Source of the DNA: Catajapyx aquilonaris
Taxonomy: Eukaryota
Length of the DNA stretch: 45,747 bases
Direction: 5' to 3'
Assembly: GCA_000934665.2 (NCBI GenBank)
Contig: KZ538827.1
Coordinates: 1 to 45,747 of the forward strand
Shown here: positions 38,106-45,747 of the stretch, one piece after another
How the letters are laid out: each line of letters opens with the position of its first letter
Numbering within the stretch: the first letter of the stretch is position 1
Translations under genes and position numbers: made by a program
The notes under the pieces: generated by a model
The model's database searches: none
What the model saw: the letters and a program-made list of their open reading frames with translations, nothing else
Told to the model about the DNA's origin: nothing

Positions 38106-38451
38106 TAGATATGAGTCTGCTGAATGCGGTCATTGACCATCACCAGGGTCAAAATATGGCCCGCAAGCTGTTCTCAGACCAGGTGAGTATCCTGGAACAT
38201 GCACTGGCATTTCCTCGAGTGTACTTGGCTCTCTACCAGACCTACTCACGCCTGGATGTGGAAAACCAAATGGTCATTGACTCAACGCTCTGCACTGTCA
38301 ATAACAAGTACAGAGATGCAATAGCCAAACGACATAAGGACCCGGACAGGATCGTTACAGAAGTAAGCAGTAATCACGTTCTACAAGCATGCTGATTACA
38401 GTATAGAATGCTGTGTGCTGATGTGTAGTGTTCTCAGAGAACCATAGTATG

Positions 38452-38536
<85 letters not shown>

Positions 38537-41500
38537 TCTGGGGGTAGTGCTTGACCTTACGGTATTCAGCACGGACCTTTATTGTGTCGTCGTACAATTT
38601 TGGAACCTTTTTGCGAAGCGCCCGGGCCCACGGGCAGGATGACAGGAGGGGATGTGCAAGGTGCAGTGCAATGTCGTAGCTGTGGTCATTTTGTGAACTC
38701 CCCTGGGTGGCTTAGTCGGTTGGAAATACCACCCGAAACGAAGCCAGAGATGACCCCGAACTCTGCACGAGATGACGGGGGTGTCCCCGGGCTGGGATCG
38801 AACCCGGGACCTTAACATCCGTGGGGGCATACGTTACCGCAGCGCTACTCCGTCTCCCCTAGTATGATATAATAATATTATTACCAAGAGTGTTCTGCAC
38901 TTGGGGGTTTGGGTTCAAGAACGTGTAAGCTGATCAACATGCGTGATATGGTGAATTCAATAATAATGATTCACTGTGCAACCCGATTTGCTGATCTGTG
39001 TGAGTCTGTTTTGTGTTATAATGTGAGAGTTACAGCATTTGATTTGTTTTTTCTTCTTCATTGACTACCTTTTTGAGAGAAAAAAAAACACTTTTATTGT
39101 ATTTATGTAAGAAGCCAAAATGATAAAGGCAATACACAATAACCCTTCAGAAATTGAGTTATGGGACATGCATTGTTCTTCTCTGTATAAAGGACTAATT
39201 TTATGGCAAAACAAACTACGTGAGCTCTCATATTGTCAGAAACCACCAGATGACCTATTCATCCTGGAGCCAATAGAAGCTATAGGGAACATTGTCAGCA
39301 GCAGTAACAACACCAACATTGAGGAAAGCAGCAGCATAGATGATAGGCGCTACTTCACAGTAAAGCCCTCCGAAACTGGCAGTGGGTGCTTCCTGGCAAT
39401 GCTGAAGAGAACTGTAAGTCTTCATCATTTCTATCCTGGGCACACTAATTTTTCAATATGCTTGAATTTGGGCGCCAAAACACAATGGAAGAGAGTGAGT
39501 GTAATTTGCCCTTTACAACTAAGCTTACCAGTAGTCAGCACTAATTTGAATGAAATTCTTAAGATATTTGATTTGACAAGCCAAGTTTTACCACCAGTTC
39601 CATCAATAATTGTAAATACATCAACCTATACATTCCCATACCACAACATCTGACCATTCACAGGCGACAGTGAAGCTCTCGGCTCGTGCCATAATAGAGG
39701 AGGCCCAGGCCAAGGGACTTCTGACTGGACTACATGACAGTATGAGAATCATAGAGGAGGAGAGCATGCACACCAAGAAAACTGATGATGCATCATCGGG
39801 AAAGATGCCAAAGAGGCTGCAGAGGCTGGTAGAACCAACCCAGTCATTTTTGCACAAACAAAACACCAAGAAGCTTATTCAAAATGGACCATTCTCCAAG
39901 AACACCATGGGTGCCCAGAGATTTTATCCAGTACCTGGAGACCAGGATATGGGAGCTGCGGGAAGTGTGGGAACTGCGACTACTGGTGGCATTGGAAAAA
40001 AATTCAACACGGCAATCCCTGCATGCCCACGTCACTCCAGGTGAGAGGAGGCTAATTCCGATTTAAGTCAAATAATAAGTTGTTCCTCGCTCTCTGCCGT
40101 CCTTGAAGAGTACTCATGTGGGGTCAAGAAGTACAGGTACTTAGGAGTTCTACCAACAAACTTCTCAAGTGAAACCTGGTCACTATACTGTATAATGCCC
40201 AATTTCTCAACCGATAGTGTTTCAATTCCTGTTACAAGAAACTTTTGGTGAAATTTAAGCTCCCACACTGCCTCTTCTCATTTCTCAATTATTTGAATCC
40301 TAGACAGGGCTTAGAGGAACAGCATCAGATTACGGTACAGCTACTCACATTGCTATACAGTATAACAAATCAGAGACTACCCTGCAATAATATCACACTC
40401 AGCCTATGCAGAAAATACTGCAAACTGCATCCACCTCCAAAATAACATGTTCTGCAGTCCAGTTTATTTATGTACCAAGAAGTGATAATTACATGATCAG
40501 ATCACATTTGGCAGTCCCTGTCTCATTACTGAAAGTTGGAGGGAGGCGCAGTGGCGCTGCGGTAACGTATGCGCCCATGGATGTTAAGGTCCCGGGTTCG
40601 ATCCCAGCCCAGGGTTCCCCCCCTTCATCGCTTGCAGAGTTGGGTCGTCTCTGGCTTCGTCTCGAGTGGAATTTCTGCTAGACATAACCACCCGGGGGAG
40701 TTCACAAACTATGTACCATGTTAGAAACTTTGCACTGCACATTGCACATCCCCTCCTGTCACCCTGCCCGTGGGCCCAGGCATTTCGCGAAAGGTCCTGC
40801 GATGTAGCCTACGAATGTACAAATGGCTAAAATAAAGGTCCGTGCTTGTACCCAAGGGCTCAGAAGCACTACCCACAATTATTTTAAAAAACATAAACAA
40901 AAAAAAACTGAAAGTTGGTATAACTTGATTGCTTTAATCTAAAAGTATATGACATCACATCCCTTCTCCAGGAGCATACTTTTATTGACACTTTCATTGC
41001 CTTGGTGACTGGTTATGACTTACACCAAGTTATTAGCTCTTGCTTATACTCAAATTAGACTAATTTGAGGGAAGTGACCTGTCCAGATGGCTATAAGAAT
41101 ACTCTCCTGCTTAATATTAATAATTACGGTTAACTATATTTACCATGCTTTGTCATCATAGGGTACTTTATCAACATTTAAATTACTAAAACACATTACC
41201 ATATTAATAGTTAACATACTTCTTGAAAATTTTGAAATGTGGGCTATTACCATGAAGAGATAGTACTGCGCTGTATATGCAATGCATTAAAGGGAAACTG
41301 CAATTGATTTGCAAATTGTGCACTTAAAAATGGTAAAAACCATGTAACTGGTCCGATCTGAGGGTATGAAGGACATTTTACTTGAAAGGTTGGAAATAAA
41401 ACACTTCCATCGATTTATAGCATGACACCCTGTTGTATTGCCTCTCCTGCAAAGTTGAGAGGAGAGGACATGGACCCTTTTCATTCTCACCAATTCAATT

Positions 41501-42334
41501 TTTATATAATGGCAAAGTCTGTCATTTTGGATATCCCTGATTTGATTCTTAGAACTGGATATTCTGGGAAAGAAATTCTGTATTTCATTTGTCATTGTGA
41601 AAAAATGCCTTGGCAAGTCAATCAAACAGGCCACAGAAATCCTTTCCCCCCCATTAATTTTTTCTAGAAGCCTAAAAAAAGAAAGAAAATAATAAAAAAA
41701 GAAACAGCAATTTCCTAAGTAGCCAAACATTATCAAAGGGTAAAATACTCATATAACTACACTACAATTTGTTATATCTAGAGTTTACCGGTACTGGAAT
41801 TGTGAACTTGGGCAGTGTATACCACCCTGCATACATTAACATTGTTCCAAGTTATTTTTGAAGCATCTAACAAATTGACTCGATCATAAATATTTCAATT
41901 TGCCATAAAAATGAATTATTTTTGTAATCTCAGAATGACCCAGACAGTATGACAGCAGTTCAGAATGATTCAGAATTAAAATTTCCTTCAGGCACCACCA
42001 TGAAGACAGTGAGATGAAAACTCGCTTTGTGGCCCAACCAGTGAATCCAAAGATCCTGAAGCCTCGCATGGACCAAATGCGAATGCAAGAGGAAGCAAAT
42101 AGGATTGCTAGGCGATGCAAGAACTACAAGGGGATGGGGATGCATAACTTGACAGTTACTGTTACGGAGGGAAAAGCAGAAGAAAACCTCTACTCCCTGA
42201 TGGCCACCTCCATAGCAGCTTCAGTTGCCACCCAGATGTTTGGCAGAAGCAAGGATGGGTTTGAAAAACGACGAAAGCTGTACCCGGTGCATACACTCAG
42301 GTTGGATGGAGGCAGCTTTTTCGATCATGAATAA
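32279..42334 (+). CDS. NSUN7: NSUN7-like NOL1/NOP2/Sun-family protein (probable pseudo-methyltransferase), about 904 aa, 10 coding exons
   Basis: Exons 32279-32948, 34107-34165, 34395-34678, 34758-34941, 35405-35586, 35961-36148, 38109-38362, 39240-39413, 39664-40040, 41992-42334; GT-AG and phase-consistent. NSUN7-type segments LAFSLKKYEHVLDEILDECCF, FFDLQERRFRPR, RIKLQAAMARVRIKHDA, PLYAWIN, NPVDFVCNE, SGCFLAMLKR. Start codon and last exon are less certain than the core. Confidence 0.88.
33292..33386. repeat. (TTG)n/(TTA)n microsatellite
   Basis: Read directly; in NSUN7-like intron 1. Confidence 0.95.
35625..35780. mobile_element. hAT-like MITE
   Basis: CAGTTGTTCCCAACC and GGATGGGAACCACTG; 8-bp TSD CTCTAGAG. 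Confidence 0.88.
36225..38030. mobile_element. Composite fold-back structure with nested inverted repeats
   Basis: Outer arms about 36225-36595 and 37660-38030; inner hairpins 36621-36865/36999-37250 and 37271-37325/37539-37583. Confidence 0.8.
38042..38104. repeat. (TTA)n microsatellite abutting a splice acceptor
   Basis: Runs directly into TTTAG at 38104-38108. Confidence 0.95.
38460..38859 (-). mobile_element. tRNA-derived SINE family B, full length, with (ATT)n tail
   Basis: B box GGTTCGATCCC; homologous to 40540-40906; TSD TAGTATGATATAATAATA at 38445 and 38860. Confidence 0.9.
40540..40906 (+). mobile_element. tRNA-derived SINE family B, full length, with A-rich tail
   Basis: A box TGGCGCTGCGG, B box GGTTCGATCCC; 12-bp TSD ACTGAAAGTTGG (40528-40539, 40907-40918). 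Confidence 0.9.
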
Positions 42335-42814
42335 ACATCAAAGTGTATCCATTTTTTAATGATATACATTTTAAAAGCGTGTTTTCTTCCATGAGAGAGA
42401 AAAAAACTCGATATTAGACCTTCACTGTTGTATGAATATGTTCCTATTGGTATTAATGTCATCTAAGCTCACTTATTGCAGTGCAAATACCACCCCTTTC
42501 TTCCAACCGGCCAATCACATAATTATGTAGTTGTATGTGATTTTTATACATGATTGCCTGGCAGGAAGAAAGGAATGGTACTTCCACTGCAGTGCAAAGT
42601 TAGACTAGGATTAGAATGTCGAGTAACGACATCCAGACAGGAGAAATTTCTAATGGAAAAAGGTTCCTGATGACTGATGTGACAATATTTTTGATCAAAA
42701 TACTGTAGATCTCTGTGATAAACCGAAACAGGGGCAGAAAGACAGGGAAAAGAAGACTTATAGTGCAGTCGGACCACTATGGTGCATGCAGCTTGTGTAT
42801 AAGCTGTGCACTAA

Positions 42815-43410
42815 GGCCATTTTCACACGAGGACAGCATGGGACTTGCTGTTTTTTAAAATTAATATGTAAAAAAATACCATACGATCCTAGAGACTGGA
42901 GAACTTGTGCTCTAAAATTAGAAAATCAAGAGTAATTTGATTCAACTCATAATTAGGACCAGACCTAAGCGGAAAGGAGGAGAGTATAGCTACTTGTAGT
43001 GCGTAGTAGACTATTATTTTGTCAGTGGCATAGGCAGGCGCCTGAAATGTTTGAAATAACATTAGAAATTACTAATTAATTTGATTTTCACGCTGCTGCA
43101 TAAATTAGGCAGCGCTTCCCTGGAGGCGTGTTACAGATTTTTTCACCACCACGGACACTGCCAGCCAAGCACGGTCTCAAAATGCACATCTGGCGCCATG
43201 AAAAGTCGCACGTCTCATGTGAAAGGCTTCATATGATACAATGCAAACACGTGGCAGCGCGGCCAGCGGGCAGCACCAAAAATCGCTCTGCCTGCCACCA
43301 GTACTTCTGGCAGTGCTGCCAAGCATGCGACCACCATGTGTGAAAGGCTCCATTTGCAGCAATGCAAAGACGTGGCACCACGTCCATGATGGCCTCGTGT
43401 GAAAGAGGCA
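42815..43410. mobile_element. PIF/Harbinger-like MITE, TAA TSD
   Basis: TAA|GGCCATTTTCACACGAGG ... CCTCGTGTGAAAGAGGCA|TAA. Confidence 0.75.
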
Positions 43411-43444
43411 TAATAGCTATAGGTATATGTTATTACTTATTATA

Positions 43445-44063
43445 CAGGGTGATCCGTTTGGGTAGGGATAATATAAAACATGTATCACATTCAACACATA
43501 AGCTGTTCCAAGTTGATATTCTGCCAGTTTGGCGAGGCAAGATGGGAGATTCATGCACTGTACTTCAGTGCGCCTGCATTGGGCCTGCATCGTGACCAAA
43601 GAGGCTGGATGTGGCATAGCCAGCTGTATACGGCCTTTTTTTCTTCTCTGAGGACACAATACAAGCAGGACCATACTTTGACATTCTAAGATCTTCTTGG
43701 TACCACCAAGGTACCACAACTGGACAACAATGTCACTTTCCAGCAAGATGGGGCACCACTCCACTGGTCACTGTAAGTCAGAAAGATCAACAACACTTTC
43801 TATGACAATTGGTGAGGCTGTGGTGGTCCTATTCCTTGGCCTGTAAACTCCCTGGATCTCACTCTCCCCAATGTCTTTCTTTGTGGTTTGTGAAGACTAT
43901 CGTCTACGGAAAACGACATCAAAGCCTGGATGACCTGGAGGTGAACAATTCTGCAGCGTTCACACCAATCACTCTGGAAATAATGCTACAAAACACGTGG
44001 CAGGAATGGAGCACCCGATATCAACTCTACCGAGTACGCAAAGGGGGTCATGTGGAGACCTAG
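43445..44063 (+). pseudogene. Decayed Tc1/mariner-superfamily transposase fragment
   Basis: TA|CAGGGTG terminus. Broken translation VYGLFFFSEDTI..FQQDGAPLHW..GGPIPWPVNSLDLT..FVKTIVY..GGHVE with stops and frameshifts. Confidence 0.85.
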
Positions 44064-44120
44064 ACAAACTCCCACTCATAAAGGTAATCTCTGCCTAATT
44101 TGGATCAATTCTGTCTATTA

Positions 44121-44525
44121 CAGTGGTTCCCAACCTTATCATCATGATGCCCCCCCTTTTCGTTTTCACCAAACAATCACACCCCCCCCCCCCATAANAA
44201 CTTCAGCAAGAGTTTCTTGAAAGAAAATTTTATAACTGAGGAATGAAAACCTGTTGAAATAGGGGGCAACAACAGAAGGACAAATTTTTGGGGGGTTCAA
44301 GGTCACAAAGTTTAGGTGAATGTAGCTGACAAAGTACAGTGGAATCTTCCTACACTGTAAGCACATCGGATACAAGCAAGGAGAAAAGTCGGTCCCTTCA
44401 TATTTCCAGCAGCGCCAAGCGGAAACATGATACATTATTTTACGTATTTCTCATGGCCTCACGCCCCCTTTGAAATCCTCTCGCGCCCCCCTGGGGGGGC
44501 GTGCCCCTCAGGTTAGGAACCACTG
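44121..44525. mobile_element. hAT-like MITE
   Basis: CAGTGGTTCCCAACC and GGTTAGGAACCACTG; 8-bp TSD GTCTATTA. Confidence 0.88.
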
Positions 44526-44542
44526 GTCTATTACAACACATT

Positions 44543-44808
44543 ACCGAAACAGTTTGGAGGAGGGGATATGGTGTCCCACTGCTAATCGGGAGGTCCTGGG
44601 ATCAAATCCTGGGGCCGGCAACTCTGACCATGGTTTTCTGTGGTTTCCCACGGTCCTTCCAGGAAGATTCCGGAGTTGAAGTTCGTAATTAATAGGCCAC
44701 AGCCGCTTCCTTCCGTCCCTATCCTATCCCAAAAAGCGAAGTAAAATGAAAGCAAAGAGTTCCAGGCAAAACAAACTTCCCCCCTAAAGAGCGTATGGCT
44801 GATAACAG
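44543..44808 (+). mobile_element. tRNA-derived SINE family A, short-tail variant
   Basis: Near-collinear with the reverse complement of 8150-8414. Confidence 0.88.
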
Positions 44809-44810
44809 AG

Positions 44811-45747
44811 ACGTCCAGAAGCTGGGCATGAAATGGCCCGTAATAGCCCCATACCGTACTTGTGTTCTTTCAATCTCCTGGCTATCACCAATGCCTCTGG
44901 ACGATTGTCCATTAGTGTAGTGACATCTTTGATCATTAGTGATTTCATGCACTAGAAAATATACCAGGTCAGGCAGTTATGTCTTGTAACGAGATGGTGA
45001 TGCCATCTAGTTACAAGACATACTGTATGGTATGCTTGTAACCAGCCACCTTCTTGAATCGCTCCAAAATTGCATCATGGCTTATGAAATTGGCATGCAG
45101 TGACAGTGTGCATGCAATATATCTTATTTAGTGCACCACATCTTCTGCACATTGCAGCAGTTGTGTCATTCCAGGGATGGGCACTGTGTCAGAGGTACGG
45201 CGACCAGACCATAAAGGTCCCACGCCAAAGGGTTGGGCACTGTGAAGGGGACCATCCCAAGAAGAGAGTTATTAGAAAGCACCATTCATCAAAGCAGGTA
45301 AATTTACCCTCCACCATGAAGTGGCTGGAGCTCAGGTCAATAGACATTCCATTACCTTCCCTTGGTTGAGGACACTTAGGAGATGCTTCATGAGTTGCTG
45401 TTGGGCCTTTTTCCACAAAAGGTTTGCTATTTTCTTCCTCATCCTTGATTGGCAGGAGATAAAGCAACTATGGTTATCTGGTTACTAGAAGATACAAAGG
45501 TAAGACAGATCCCACCAAAAACCTTTCAGTAAAAAAAGGCCAAGTTCTCCTGACTGCTTGGCCGTAAAAAGTGGTGAGATCTGAAATACGGCCAAGTTCA
45601 ACGTCGTTGTCAATTACTGGCATTCTCAACTTCTTCAACCTGAACCACTAACTTTGTTTTTCCAGGTCGACCTTAAGTTTAATCATCGAAAGATTTTAAT
45701 GGAATTTCTCTTGCTGTAACTTGGCCATTGCTCATGTCCGAGGTATT
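44811..45747 (-). mobile_element. Decayed non-LTR retrotransposon with restriction-like endonuclease (Utopia/NeSL-like), C-terminal part
   Basis: Ordered remnants across frameshifts: SSSHFMVEGKFTCFDEWCF, CRRCG..H..CHCMP (Zn knuckle), HDAILERFKK, PDLVYF..DVT..DNRPEALVIARRLKEHKY. Confidence 0.8.

Noticed and set aside
42014..42334. Standalone 106-aa ORF as a separate gene
   Set aside because: The acceptor at 41991 joins it in frame (phase 2) to NSUN7-like exon 9, so it is best read as the last exon.
45189..45467. 92-aa minus-strand ORF as the last exon of a host gene
   Set aside because: It belongs to the frameshifted retrotransposon remnant.

Overview
Eukaryotic, intron-rich, transposon-dense DNA, most likely from an arthropod (inferred from the gene families and SINE types). 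I rebuilt four spliced genes by hand; every junction is GT-AG and phase-consistent. (1) A croquemort-like CD36/class B scavenger receptor on the minus strand, with 5 coding exons visible; its 3' end probably lies left of the window. (2) An 8-exon, 249-aa secreted protein with 12 Cys and the odorant-binding-protein (OBP) cysteine spacing (plus strand, 20916-22957), mostly invisible in the ORF track. (3) An 11-exon, 764-aa, highly divergent SLC6 transporter (minus strand). (4) A 10-exon, 904-aa NSUN7-like protein (plus strand) lacking both catalytic cysteines, head-to-head with the SLC6 gene. Introns and intergenic DNA hold nested MITEs (TA, TTAA, TWA and 8-bp TSD classes), three tRNA-derived SINE families, a 2.3-kb element with a 4-bp TSD and a decayed ARL14EP-N-like domain, a decayed Tc1/mariner transposase, and a decayed Utopia/NeSL-like retrotransposon at the right edge. 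Family assignments come from motif recognition by eye, not database searches.
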